DNA of 64,000 bases from an uncultured Alphaproteobacteria bacterium. GTDB lineage: Bacteria > Pseudomonadota > Alphaproteobacteria > Rhizobiales > Methyloligellaceae. Under the pieces are notes generated by a model. It saw only the letters and a list, made by a program, of their open reading frames with translations, was not told the origin of the DNA and ran no database searches. The stretch's first letter is position 1. Each line of letters starts with the position of its first letter. The stretch spans positions 123-64,122 of the forward strand of contig CAVVSX010000016.1 in the NCBI GenBank assembly GCA_963750975.1. The letters run 5' to 3'. Position numbers and translations under genes: made by a program. This document shows positions 54,852-64,000 of this stretch, piece after piece.

Positions 54852-55431
54852 ATGCGTCTCTTGTTCTTCGCCGGCAGCACGCGGGAAGGGTCGTACAACA
54901 AGAAGCTCGCCGCGCTCGCCCGGCATATCGCCGAAGCCAACGGCATCGAGGCGGTGCAGGTCGACCTCAAGGACTATCCGATGCCGCTCTATAGCGGCGA
55001 CCTGGAAGCCAAGGACGGCCCGCCCGAGCGGGCGCGCGCGTTCAAGGCTTTGCTCGGCGAGTATCAGGGCGTGTTCATCGCCAGCCCCGAATATAATTCC
55101 TCGATCACGCCGTTGCTCAAGAACACGCATCGACTGGGTGAGCCGGGTGAAGGCCAAGGGCGAGACGGGGCTCGAGGTCTACAAGACGCGCGTGTTCGCC
55201 ATCTCCGGCGCCTCGCCCGGCTATTACGGAGCGATGCGCAGCCTGCTGCATCTCCGTCAGATCCTCGAGATTGGCGTCGGCGCGACCGTCATCCCGCAGC
55301 AGATCGCCGTGCCGCGCGCGATGGACGCGTTCGAGGCCGACGGCAGCCTCAAGGACGCGGGCCAACAGAAACTCTGCACCGATGTGGTCGAGGCGCTCGC
55401 CGTCGCCGCCGCACGATTCGTCGCGCCATGA
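54852..55431 (+). CDS. NADPH-dependent FMN reductase (frameshift near 55128)
   Basis: GSTREGSYN and SPEYNSS motifs; KNT|IDWVSR continues in the +1 frame to TGA 55431. Confidence 0.85.
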
Positions 55432-56132
55432 CGCTTCCCCGCGACAGGCTGGTCGTGGCGCTCGACGTGCCGGACGTCGAACAGGCCAAAGCGCTGATCG
55501 AGACGATCGGCGACAGCGTCGGCGTCTACAAGATCGGGCTCGAGCTGTTGTTCTGCGGCGGGTTCGCGCTCGCGCAGGAGTTGGCGCGCAGAGAAGTCCC
55601 CGTGTTCGTCGACGCCAAGCTGCTCGACATCGAAGCAACGGTGGAGCGCGCGACCGCGGCGATCGCCCGCATGGGAGTCGCGTTTCTCACCGTGCACGCG
55701 CTCGACAAGAAGACGCTTGCCGCCGCCGTGCGTGGGCGCGGCGACAGCCCGCTCAAACTGCTCGGCGTCACCGTGCTCACCAATCTCGCGCCCGCCGATC
55801 TCATCGAGCAGGGCTGCGACCACCCGCTGACCGAACTGGTGCTGCATCGGGCCAAGCTCGCCAAGGAGGCCGGCTTCGACGGCGTGATCGCCTCGGGCCA
55901 TGAGGCGGCAACGATCCGCAACGCCGCCGGACCCGATTTCCTTATCGTCACGCCGGGGGTCAGGCCGCGAGGGGCCGACGCCCAGGACCAGGCGCGCGCG
56001 GTGACGCCGGCAAGCGCGATCGAAGCCGGCGCCGACTATCTCGTGGTGGGCCGGCCGATCACCCGCGCACCCGATCCACGTGCGGCCGCCGAGGCTATCG
56101 TCGCGGAGATCGACGCCACCCTAGCGGGCTAA
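55428..56132 (+). CDS. pyrF: Orotidine-5'-phosphate decarboxylase
   Basis: VALD, DAKLLDI, VTPGVR and VVGRPIT motifs; ATGA overlap with the upstream stop. Confidence 0.95.
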   Translation: MTLPRDRLVVALDVPDVEQAKALIETIGDSVGVYKIGLELLFCGGFALAQELARREVPVFVDAKLLDIEATVERATAAIARMGVAFLTVHALDKKTLAAAVRGRGDSPLKLLGVTVLTNLAPADLIEQGCDHPLTELVLHRAKLAKEAGFDGVIASGHEAATIRNAAGPDFLIVTPGVRPRGADAQDQARAVTPASAIEAGADYLVVGRPITRAPDPRAAAEAIVAEIDATLAG

Positions 56133-56457
56133 ATCGGCGAGGCGCGCCTCCATCAGCTGCGTCAGCGTCTCCGCATCGCCCTCAACCAGGACTTGCTTCA
56201 TCCGCGACTTGCCGCCTTGCGTCACCGACACGGACGACGGCGGCAGCTTTCAGCCAATGGGCGATGAGCTTGGTCAGCGCCTCGTTGGCGCGGCCGTCTT
56301 CTGGTAAGGCTCGCACGCGCGCCTTCAACACCGTCTCGCCGCCGAACGCCTCGATGCCGACGATCTCATCGCGCGAGGATTTGGGCGTCAACCGCACCGG
56401 CAGCATGAGTCCGGCGGCGACACGGCGAAGCGCGAGCTTGGCGCTCGCCTCGCTCAA
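56121..56457 (-). CDS. DUF167 (YggU) family protein (frameshift near 56248)
   Basis: VRLTPK and RVRA.PEDGRAN motifs; GGKSRMK lies in the shifted frame. Confidence 0.8.
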
Positions 56458-56765
56458 AACGTCGGCTGCGGCACCACAGCCGGCAGGATCCAGCCGAGCA
56501 GCACCACATCGCGCAGGAACAGCAGGAACAGGATCAGAATCACCGGCGAGATGTCGAGGCCGCCGAGATTCGGGATGATGCTCCTGAGCGGGCGCAGCGC
56601 GGGTTCGGTCAGCCGATAGAGCATCTCCGCCACCGAATAGACGAAGCGATTGGAGGTGTTGACCACGTTGAAGGCGATCAACCAGCTCAGGATCGCGCTG
56701 GCGATGACCACCCAGATATAGAGGTCGATGACAAGAACGAGAAATCCGATCAAAGGCACCATCAA
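56454..56765 (-). CDS. yggT: YggT family membrane protein
   Basis: SWL, LTEP.L.P.R and GGLDISP motifs; GGAGG RBS. Confidence 0.9.
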   Translation of the reverse strand: MMVPLIGFLVLVIDLYIWVVIASAILSWLIAFNVVNTSNRFVYSVAEMLYRLTEPALRPLRSIIPNLGGLDISPVILILFLLFLRDVVLLGWILPAVVPQPTF

Positions 56766-56888
56766 AGACCTCCTGGGCTAAGCCGGGGACATGTAACGGA
56801 GAGGCGGCGCGGAGGGCAAGCATTCCCTCCCGGCCAGGCCGGAGGGCCCCAGGATTGGGATCGGAACAGCGCCGATTTGGGCGTTTGC

Positions 56889-56918
56889 TTGACAGGCCTC
56901 AGGGCCCAATCCCTAAAT
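56889..56918 (+). promoter_or_regulatory. Sigma70-type promoter of tRNA-Ala
   Basis: TTGACA followed about 18 nt later by CTAAAT, 11 nt before the tRNA. Confidence 0.55.
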
Positions 56919-56929
56919 GCCTCGATCTT

Positions 56930-57005
56930 GGGGCCGTAGCTCAGTTGGGAGAGCGCAGCAATCGCACTGCTGAGGTCGTCGGTTCGATCCCGTCCGGCTC
57001 CACCA
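56930..57005 (+). tRNA. tRNA-Ala(CGC)
   Basis: 76 nt GGGGCCGTAGCTCAG...CAGCA-AT-CGC-AC-TGCTG...GGTTCGATCC...CACCA with the G3:U70 Ala identity pair. Confidence 0.96.
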
Positions 57006-57195
57006 AATTTCCAGACGAAAATCACTAATAAAGCAGCCGCCCTTCCCGGGGCGGTGTTGCTGCCTAGTGGCCAGCTCTAGCTCATGTCTGCGCCCGCGAG
57101 ACACGAGCCGATGCCGACATTGGAGCCTTGAGGCGAGGATGGTCAGCCGGCGTCGCCCTTGAGACACCGCGCCGGCCGCGGCATTCGCTCTGAGC

Positions 57196-57387
57196 TTAGT
57201 CAGTCGACTTGCCGAGGCTGCCTTTGTTCGCTTCGAGGACCTTCACGAGGATGTCCAATTCCTCGTTGCTCGCCAAGCGGGCGGAAACCTCGAGCGCGCC
57301 GGGCACCAGCGAAACACGATAGCCGGTTGCCGTAGCTGGCGTCATTGCACCCGCTGCACTTTCCTTCGTCACTGAATGTTCGCTCAT
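57196..57387 (-). CDS. Small hypothetical protein (63 aa)
   Basis: ORF MSEHSV...GKSTD with plausible codon usage and an AAGGG RBS-like site. Confidence 0.5.
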   Translation of the reverse strand: MSEHSVTKESAAGAMTPATATGYRVSLVPGALEVSARLASNEELDILVKVLEANKGSLGKSTD

Positions 57388-57499
57388 CGTCTTTGCCCTT
57401 CGCGGAACCATGCCAAGAAGGTGGGCGAGTATGGTTAACAAAAAGTTTGCGGGCGTCGGGTTTGCCCGATCGCGACACGACAATGGGGAAAAGCGGTGA

Positions 57500-58417
57500 T
57501 CAGGCGGCGAGGCCTGGTCCGTCGCCGGACGCCGACTTGGCGGGCACCCGCCCCTTCGCCGGCTTCGCGGCGCTCACGACGCGCGGCATTTGCAGATTGC
57601 CTTGCGCATCGCGCACCCGGAACAGCCAGCCCATGAACGGCACGAGGGCGAAGTCTGGCGTGAAGCGCTGCATCAACACGCTCAGGCGGTTGAACCAGCC
57701 GGTGACGATCACCTTCTTGCCGCGCTTGAACTTGCGATAGCCGATGCGCGCCACATCCTCGGGTGTCATCACCGGGAAGAGCTGCACATAGCGGGAATGC
57801 TCGGCGCCCGCCTTGGCGTGCATCGCCGTCGTGGTTGCGCCGGGCGCGAGCGCGGAGATCCGCACGCCCGTGCCCATGGTCTCATAGGCGAGCGCGCGCG
57901 TGAGTGAGAGCACGAACGCCTTGGCGGCGGCGTAGGTCGCCTGATACGGGACCGGCATGAAGCCTTCAACCGAGGCGACGTTGAGCACGCCGCCCGTGCG
58001 CCGCGCGATCATGCCGGGAAGGAAGCGGCGCGTGAGATCAACCACGGCCTGCACGTCGAGATCGACGATCGTCCTGAGCTTCGCCGGATCGGCGTCCTGG
58101 AAGAAGCCGGCAGTCATCAGCGCGGCGTTGTTGACAAGAATGTCGGCGTAAAGCCCGAAGCGCCGCAGCGCGTTTTCCAGGTCGTCGCAGCCTTCTGGGC
58201 TGCCGAGGTCGCAGGCGAACACCTTGACCTCGACGCCGTGGCTCTCGTTCAGCGCTCCCGCCGTCGCGGCGAGCTTCTGCTCATCGCGGGCGACCAGGAC
58301 CAGCCTGTGCCCGTCGCGGGCAAACTCCTCGGCCAGAGCCCTGCCGATGCCTTGCGTCGCTCCGGTAATGACGACGGCCGCCGCGAATGGCTCCATCCGT
58401 TTGCCGACCTCGTTCAT
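57500..58417 (-). CDS. Short-chain dehydrogenase/reductase
   Basis: ITGATQGIG, LVNNA and YAAAK motifs. Confidence 0.9.
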   Translation of the reverse strand: MNEVGKRMEPFAAAVVITGATQGIGRALAEEFARDGHRLVLVARDEQKLAATAGALNESHGVEVKVFACDLGSPEGCDDLENALRRFGLYADILVNNAALMTAGFFQDADPAKLRTIVDLDVQAVVDLTRRFLPGMIARRTGGVLNVASVEGFMPVPYQATYAAAKAFVLSLTRALAYETMGTGVRISALAPGATTTAMHAKAGAEHSRYVQLFPVMTPEDVARIGYRKFKRGKKVIVTGWFNRLSVLMQRFTPDFALVPFMGWLFRVRDAQGNLQMPRVVSAAKPAKGRVPAKSASGDGPGLAA

Positions 58418-58641
58418 GTTCGACCAGCCTGTTACATAGTCGCGGCACGGGCTATGAAAAGCCCCTTCGGCCCCGGCCAGCAACCCCTAGCACATAAGCC
58501 GGCGCCGCGCCCGCAGGCCCCTGGATAGGCCCGGAAAGGGCCCGGTTTTTGTGCCAAGGGGTCTGGGAAGTCCAGACGCGCGCACGGTAGAATAGCCCAA
58601 CGCGCTTCTCAGGCGCGAGTGCCGTCGTCCTTCCGGAAGCC

Positions 58642-59658
58642 TTGCCAATGGCCCTTAGACCTTGTTTGCGTCCGTTGCTGCTGCTGCCTCTCATCCTGCT
58701 CTTCCAACTGGGCGCCGCAGATGCGGCTCCAAGCCTCGCCGAGGCCGTCAAACAGGCCGACGCGAAATATCTCCAGGCGCCCGATGTCGCCGGCAAAGAC
58801 GATACGCCTAAGATCGAGGCCGGCAGCGGCGAGGACGACGACGAAGACGAGAATGACGACGAGGACGAAGGCGATCCAGTCCCGCAGGAGATCTCGCAAG
58901 GCGCGATAAGGGCGGTTCTGAGCTACACGGCGGAGAAGAACGAAGACGGCGACACCATGCGCGCGCCAATCGTTGCCGTCTTCGCCGACGATAAGGAGAT
59001 CGCCAAACTTGCGGGAGACCCCGGCTTCGGCATCCCGCCGGTGAGCGTGCAGATCGCCGAGATCGATCCCGGCAATTCGCAGCCCGAGGTGGTCGTGTCC
59101 TTCTATACCGGAGGGGCGCATTGCTGCTCCAACACCAGCGTCATCACCAGCAACAAGGAGGGAACGGCCTGGCAGACCGTCGATGTCGGCGAGTTCGACG
59201 GTGGGCCGATGCTCGCGACCGATCTCAACGGCGACGGCCGTTACGAATTCAGCACGCGCGATAACGCGTTCCTCTACGCCTTCGCCTGCTATGCCTGCTC
59301 GGAGGCGCCGCTCGAGGTGCTCACGATCGAGAACGGCGCGGTCAAGAACATCACCAACGACGCAAGCCTCAAGCCGGCGCATGCGGCCTATCTCAAGACC
59401 ATGATCGAGAACGTGCCCGATGAGGACGTGAACGGGTTCCTGGCCGGCTATGTCGGCGAGAAGATCCTGCTCGGCGAGAGCAAGCCGGCCTGGGACCTGA
59501 TGCTCGCCTACTATGACAAAGCCTCGGATTGGGGGCTGGAGATTTGCGACCAGCCGCTCAACGACGACGGCGAATGCCCCGGCCAGGAGATCAAGCTGAC
59601 CTTCCCCGACGCACTCGAACGCATGCTTAAGGAAAATGGCTATAATGTAGGGAAATGA
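58642..59658 (+). CDS. Secreted acidic hypothetical protein
   Basis: Signal peptide, D/E tract, YTGGAHCC, DLNGDG and CYAC motifs. Confidence 0.7.
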   Translation: MPMALRPCLRPLLLLPLILLFQLGAADAAPSLAEAVKQADAKYLQAPDVAGKDDTPKIEAGSGEDDDEDENDDEDEGDPVPQEISQGAIRAVLSYTAEKNEDGDTMRAPIVAVFADDKEIAKLAGDPGFGIPPVSVQIAEIDPGNSQPEVVVSFYTGGAHCCSNTSVITSNKEGTAWQTVDVGEFDGGPMLATDLNGDGRYEFSTRDNAFLYAFACYACSEAPLEVLTIENGAVKNITNDASLKPAHAAYLKTMIENVPDEDVNGFLAGYVGEKILLGESKPAWDLMLAYYDKASDWGLEICDQPLNDDGECPGQEIKLTFPDALERMLKENGYNVGK

Positions 59659-59684
59659 GCCCGAAACGGCCGGGAGCCCACGGC

Positions 59685-59710
59685 GGAACCCGGAAGGATC
59701 GGGCTCGGTT
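59685..59710 (+). promoter_or_regulatory. EcfG/RpoE2 general-stress promoter of ku-ligD
   Basis: GGAAC-N17-GGTT, about 65 bp upstream of ku. Confidence 0.6.
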
Positions 59711-59774
59711 GATCTGACCCGGGCTTAAGCCAAAAGCCCTGGCCAGCCGCGCTTTTTTTCAAGGAGTACGCGTT

Positions 59775-60656
59775 ATGGCACCCCGCGCCTTCTGGACCGG
59801 TCATTTGCGGCTTTCGCTCGTCAACATTCCGGTCAAGCTTTATCCGGCCACCAGCTCGGAGCGAACCATCGCGCTGCACCAGATCCACGAGCCCTCGGGC
59901 AAGCGCATCCGCTATCAGAAGGTCGCTCCCGGCGTCGGACCGGTCGAGAACGAGGAGATCACCAAGGGCTACGAATACGAGAAGGGCAAATATGTCCTGA
60001 TCGACCCCAAGGAGATCGACGAGCTCAAGCTCGAATCCAAACAGACCATCGAGCTGGCCCGTTTCGTCGACGAGGACGCCATCGATCCGCGCTATTTCGA
60101 GACGCCGTACTACCTGATGCCCGACGGCGACATGGCCGACGAGGGCTACACCATCCTGCAAAAAGCGCTGAAGGACAGCGGCAAGATCGGCGTCGGCCAA
60201 TTCATCCTGCGCGGCCACGGCAATATCGTCGCCATCAAGCCGCTGGGTAAGGGCCTGATGCTCGAAGTGCTGCGCCACGCCAACGAAGTGCGCGCCGCCG
60301 AGCCGTTGTTCAAGGAAATCCCCGAGGTGAAGGTCGACAAGGAGGCGCTCGACCTCGCCAAGGAGCTGATCAAGCGCAAGACGGGCAAGTTCGAGCCCGA
60401 GCAGTTCAAGGACGAATATACCGAAGCGGTGTGGGAGCTGATCAACGCCAAGATCGAGCATCGCGCGCCGGAGATCGTCGAGGCGGCGCCCGGCGGCGCC
60501 AAGGTGATCAACATCATGGATGCGCTGAAGAAGAGCGTGCAGCAGGGGAAGGGCGGCGCGGCCGCCAAGACCGCCGCCAAGCGCGGCGCGGCCTCGGCCA
60601 AGTCGAGCGGCGGCAAGAAGGCCGCCAAGGGCGCGGCCAGACGGAAGTCGGCCTAG
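59775..60656 (+). CDS. ku: Non-homologous end joining protein Ku
   Basis: RAFWTG.L.LSLV.IPVKLY, KGYEY and PYYL.P motifs; basic C-terminal tail; AAGGAG RBS. Confidence 0.95.
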   Translation: MAPRAFWTGHLRLSLVNIPVKLYPATSSERTIALHQIHEPSGKRIRYQKVAPGVGPVENEEITKGYEYEKGKYVLIDPKEIDELKLESKQTIELARFVDEDAIDPRYFETPYYLMPDGDMADEGYTILQKALKDSGKIGVGQFILRGHGNIVAIKPLGKGLMLEVLRHANEVRAAEPLFKEIPEVKVDKEALDLAKELIKRKTGKFEPEQFKDEYTEAVWELINAKIEHRAPEIVEAAPGGAKVINIMDALKKSVQQGKGGAAAKTAAKRGAASAKSSGGKKAAKGAARRKSA

Positions 60657-60659
60657 ACA

Positions 60660-61349
60660 ATGGCGCGGGCCGGAAGCCGGGACCTGCTTGCCGAGTACAA
60701 GGCGAAGCGCGACTTCGGCAAGACGCCCGAGCCTGGGCCAAAGCGCGGCAAGGCCAAGGGCAACAGCTTCGTCATTCAGAAGCATGCCGCGCGCCGCACC
60801 CATTTCGATTTCCGGCTGGAGCATGACGGCGTGTTGAAGAGCTGGGCCGTGACCAAGGGCCCGAGTCTCGACCCCGCGCAAAAGCGTCTCGCGGTGATGA
60901 CCGAGGACCACCCGCTCGAATATGGCGGCTTCGAAGGGGTGATCCCCAAAGGCGAATATGGCGGCGGCCCGGTGATGATCTGGGACGAAGGCACCTGGGA
61001 GCCGATCGGCGACCCGGACGAGGGTCTGGCCAAGGGCGACCTCAAATTCCGCCTGCACGGCCACCGGCTGAACGGCGATTACGTGCTGGTGCGCATGAAG
61101 CCGCGCAAAGAGGATCGCGGCCGCCAGAACTGGCTGCTCATCAAGAAGCGCGACGATTACGCCGGCGAGGGCAACGAGCCGACCGAGGAATTCGACACCA
61201 GCGTGAAGAGCGGCCGGACCATGGACCAGATCCTGAACGGCAACTCGGCCATCTGGACCTCCAACAAGGCTCAAAAAAAAACTCCGGCCTCACCAAAGAA
61301 GCGCGCGGCAACGGCAAAGCCCACGCGAAAAAAATCGCCCGCGCGCTAA
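60660..61349 (+). CDS. ligD: LigD 3'-phosphoesterase domain (N-terminal part of ligD)
   Basis: Y.AKRDF..TPEP, FVIQKH.ARRTHFDFRLE and EDHPLEY motifs. Confidence 0.9.
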   Translation: MARAGSRDLLAEYKAKRDFGKTPEPGPKRGKAKGNSFVIQKHAARRTHFDFRLEHDGVLKSWAVTKGPSLDPAQKRLAVMTEDHPLEYGGFEGVIPKGEYGGGPVMIWDEGTWEPIGDPDEGLAKGDLKFRLHGHRLNGDYVLVRMKPRKEDRGRQNWLLIKKRDDYAGEGNEPTEEFDTSVKSGRTMDQILNGNSAIWTSNKAQKKTPASPKKRAATAKPTRKKSPAR

Positions 61350-63229
61350 TCCCGCAATTCGTCGCGCCGGAACTCGCCACACTCGACACCGAGGTGCCGA
61401 CCGGGCGGAGTTGGCTGCATGAAGTCAAGTATGACGGCTACCGCATCATCGCGCGCAAGGCCGGCGACGACATCACGCTGTTCAGCCGGAGCGGGCTCGA
61501 CTGGACGGTGCGCTTTCCTGCGATCGCCCAGGCGCTGCTCAGCCTGCCGGCGGACATCGCGCTGATCGACGGCGAGGTCGCCTTCGTCCTGCCCACCGGC
61601 ATCACCGATTTCAAATCGCTGCAGGAGCATATCGACACGCCGAACCCGGCGATCCGCTACTTCGCGTTCGATCTGCTCAACCTCGACGGCAAGGACTGGC
61701 GCAAGAAGCCGCTGAACGAACGGCGCGCGCGGCTCGCCAAGTTGCTGGCGACGAAGGGCGTGTCGGACTTTCTCATCTATGCCGACTACGTCGAGGGCGC
61801 GGGGGCCGAATTCTACGCGCAAGCCTGCGCCGCGGGGCTCGAGGGCATCGTCTCGAAGCGCGCCGACCGGCCGTACATCTCCGGCCGCGGCAAGGACTGG
61901 CTCAAGATCAAATGCAAACGCGGCGAGGAATTCGTCATCGGCGGCTATAGCCGTTCCGACGTGAAGGGAAAGCCATTCTCATCGCTCCTGCTCGGCACGT
62001 TCGCGGACGGCAAGCTCAGTTACTCCGGCAAGGTCGGCACCGGCTTCGACGCGGCCGATTTCGATGCGCTTGCTGGCAAGTTCAAGCCGCTCGAACGCGC
62101 AACCTCGCCGTTCGAGGAGGTGCCGCGCGAGGAACGCAAGGGCGCGGTGTGGCTCGAGCCTGAGCTCGTCGCGCAGATCGCCTTTGCCGAGCGGACGCGC
62201 GACGGTCGGCTGCGGCATCCGAGCTTCAAGGGCTTGCGCGAGGATAAGCCCGCGCGCGACGTGCATGGTGAAGACAGAGACGGCGAGGAGGCCGGCATGG
62301 CCATAGCGAAAAGTACAGACGCGAAAAAGGCCGGCAATCCCAGCTTCGCCGGCATCACGCTGAGCAATCCGGACAAGGTGTATTATCCGGGCGCAGGCCT
62401 CACCAAGCTCGATATCGCCCGCTATTACGAGACCGTCGCCCCCGACATGCTGCCGTATGTCGCGCGCAGGCCGATCAGCCTGGTGCGCTGCCCGGATGGA
62501 ATCGACGGGCAACATTTCTTCCAGCGCCACGCCATGAAGGGCATGAGCACGGCGATCAAGCAGGTCCCCATTGCCGGCGGCGAGAGCAAGAAGCCGTATC
62601 TCTATATCGACGACGAGGAGGGGCTGTTCGGGCTGGTGCAGATCGGCACGCTCGAGATCCACGATTGGGGCGTGGCGATCGCCCGCGTCAACGAGCCCGA
62701 CCGGCTGGTGTTCGATCTCGATCCCGACGAAGAGCTGCCGCTGCCAATATTGAAAGCCGCGGTGGTCGAAGTGCGGGAGTTCCTCGACGATCTCGGCCTC
62801 AAGAGCTTTCTCAAATCGACCGGCGGCAAGGGCTTCCATCTCGTCGCGCCGATCGCGCCGAAGCTCGGCTGGGCGGAGGTCAAGCCGTTCGCCAAGGCGA
62901 TCGCCGACGCGCTGGTCGCAGCACGTCCGGACCGCTATACGGCGAACCCGCTGAAGCGCACGCGCGAGGGCAAGATCTTCGTCGATTATCTGCGCAATCA
63001 GCGCGGCGGCTCGGCCATCGTCAACTACTCGACCCGCGCCAAGGCGGGCGCGCCGGTCGCCTGCCCGCTGCGCTGGGATGAGCTGAAAGGGCTCAAGTCG
63101 GCGTCGCCCTATAGCGCCAAGACGCTGCCGGCGCGGCTGAAAAAGCTGAAAGGCGATCCCTGGGAGGGATTTTTCTCGACCCGGCAGTCGATCACGGCAA
63201 AGGCCCGCAAAGCGCTCGGGCTCGGTTAG
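61346..63229 (+). CDS. ligD: LigD ATP-dependent ligase and polymerase domains (in -1 frame relative to the phosphoesterase ORF)
   Basis: PQFVAPELATL, EVKYDGYR, EGIVSK, WLKIK, FDLDP, STGGKGFH and FVDYLRN motifs; homology starts upstream of the first start codon. Confidence 0.92.
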   Translation, partial: LIPQFVAPELATLDTEVPTGRSWLHEVKYDGYRIIARKAGDDITLFSRSGLDWTVRFPAIAQALLSLPADIALIDGEVAFVLPTGITDFKSLQEHIDTPNPAIRYFAFDLLNLDGKDWRKKPLNERRARLAKLLATKGVSDFLIYADYVEGAGAEFYAQACAAGLEGIVSKRADRPYISGRGKDWLKIKCKRGEEFVIGGYSRSDVKGKPFSSLLLGTFADGKLSYSGKVGTGFDAADFDALAGKFKPLERATSPFEEVPREERKGAVWLEPELVAQIAFAERTRDGRLRHPSFKGLREDKPARDVHGEDRDGEEAGMAIAKSTDAKKAGNPSFAGITLSNPDKVYYPGAGLTKLDIARYYETVAPDMLPYVARRPISLVRCPDGIDGQHFFQRHAMKGMSTAIKQVPIAGGESKKPYLYIDDEEGLFGLVQIGTLEIHDWGVAIARVNEPDRLVFDLDPDEELPLPILKAAVVEVREFLDDLGLKSFLKSTGGKGFHLVAPIAPKLGWAEVKPFAKAIADALVAARPDRYTANPLKRTREGKIFVDYLRNQRGGSAIVNYSTRAKAGAPVACPLRWDELKGLKSASPYSAKTLPARLKKLKGDPWEGFFSTRQSITAKARKALGLG

Positions 63230-63320
63230 CGCGACGCTTGAATTTGCATTGAGGCTGCGCCGATGGGAGTCTTGAGGTCTATCAACGATTTTTGCAGCCA
63301 GGCCTGAACAGTCTCCACTC

Positions 63321-63950
63321 ATGACAGACATCTGGCCTTGGCTGGTGCTGATCGCGCTCGGCGCGTTTCACGGACTCAATCCGGCCATGGGCTGGTTGTT
63401 CGCGGTGGCGCTCGGCCTCTATCGGCACAGCCGGAAAGTCGTGCTGGTCTCGCTGATCCCGATCGCGCTCGGCCATGCGGCGGCGATCGCCGTCGTCGTC
63501 TACGCGGTGATGGCGCTCGGCACGGTGATCGACGCCAAGGCCTTCCGCATGCTGTCCGGCGTGCTGCTGATCGGCTGGGGCCTTTATCATCTCCTCTACG
63601 GGCATCATCACCGCTTGCGCATCGGACTCCGCACCGGCCTGCTCGGCCTGTTCGCCTGGTCCTTCGTCATGGCCACCGCGCATGGCGCAGGCATGATGCT
63701 GATACCCGTGCTGATGCCGCTCGCCGAGGCCGGGGAGCATGCTCATCACATGCCGGCGACGAGCTCGCTGTCGATCGCCTCGCTCGCCGTCTTGGTGCAC
63801 AGCCTCGCCATGCTGCTCACCACCGGCATCGTCGCGATGATCGTCTATGAGTGGGTGGGGTTAGACTTCCTGCGGCGGGGCCGGATCAATCTCGATACCA
63901 TCTGGACCGCGGCGTTGCTCGGCATGGGATTATGGCTTTTGCTGAGCTGA
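63321..63950 (+). CDS. His-rich multi-TM membrane protein (resembles the family found beside selenium-binding protein / methanethiol oxidase genes)
   Basis: GAFHGLNPAMGWLFAVALG, ALGH and ATAHGAG motifs; HAHH loop. Confidence 0.6.
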   Translation: MTDIWPWLVLIALGAFHGLNPAMGWLFAVALGLYRHSRKVVLVSLIPIALGHAAAIAVVVYAVMALGTVIDAKAFRMLSGVLLIGWGLYHLLYGHHHRLRIGLRTGLLGLFAWSFVMATAHGAGMMLIPVLMPLAEAGEHAHHMPATSSLSIASLAVLVHSLAMLLTTGIVAMIVYEWVGLDFLRRGRINLDTIWTAALLGMGLWLLLS

Positions 63951-64000
63951 CCGGTTACGACCGCCAGCGCACTGGTGGTGTCGGAGGAGGCGGCAGGCGG

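Noticed and set aside
54852-56132. Apparent 426-aa FMN reductase-PyrF fusion in the ORF track
   Set aside because: Produced by a +1 frameshift near 55128; the reductase's true C-terminus ends at 55431 and pyrF has its own overlapping ATG
56182-56823. 213-aa ORF overlapping yggT and yggU
   Set aside because: Upstream read-through of the DUF167 frame; the real gene starts near 56457 and is frameshifted
58829-58875. GACGAN-like microsatellite
   Set aside because: It simply encodes the Asp/Glu tract of the secreted protein; the repeat is imperfect, with no sign of phase variation

Overview
GC-rich alphaproteobacterial chromosome segment. Gene content and order suggest Hyphomicrobiales, possibly Methyloceanibacter-like (inference). 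Most of it is conserved backbone: mepA, nifU-nitroreductase-tsaB-rimI-fur-olsA, msrA, trpS, murJ-glnD-mutS, rph-rdgB-hemW, rsmI-yraN-gshB, comM/yifB, a hybrid kinase, olsB, hrcA-grpE-alkB-dnaK-dnaJ, pyrF and yggT/yggU. It also holds two tRNAs (Ser-GGA, Ala-CGC) and a Ku-LigD NHEJ operon. No CRISPR array, rRNA, integrase or transposase was seen. The most interesting signals are: (1) an accessory block at the 3' end of tRNA-Ser with three diverged paralogous LCM-type SAM methyltransferases surrounding a convergent CDP-archaeol-synthase-like (CarS/DUF46) gene and a metallophosphoesterase; (2) ligD split into a phosphoesterase ORF and a ligase-polymerase ORF by a -1 frame transition next to an A9 run, a candidate for programmed slippage; (3) several small orphan proteins; (4) readable regulatory sites (Irr/ICE, LexA, EcfG, RpoH, CtrA-like). 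Single-base frameshifts in five other genes suggest assembly indel errors, which weakens any frameshift-based claim.
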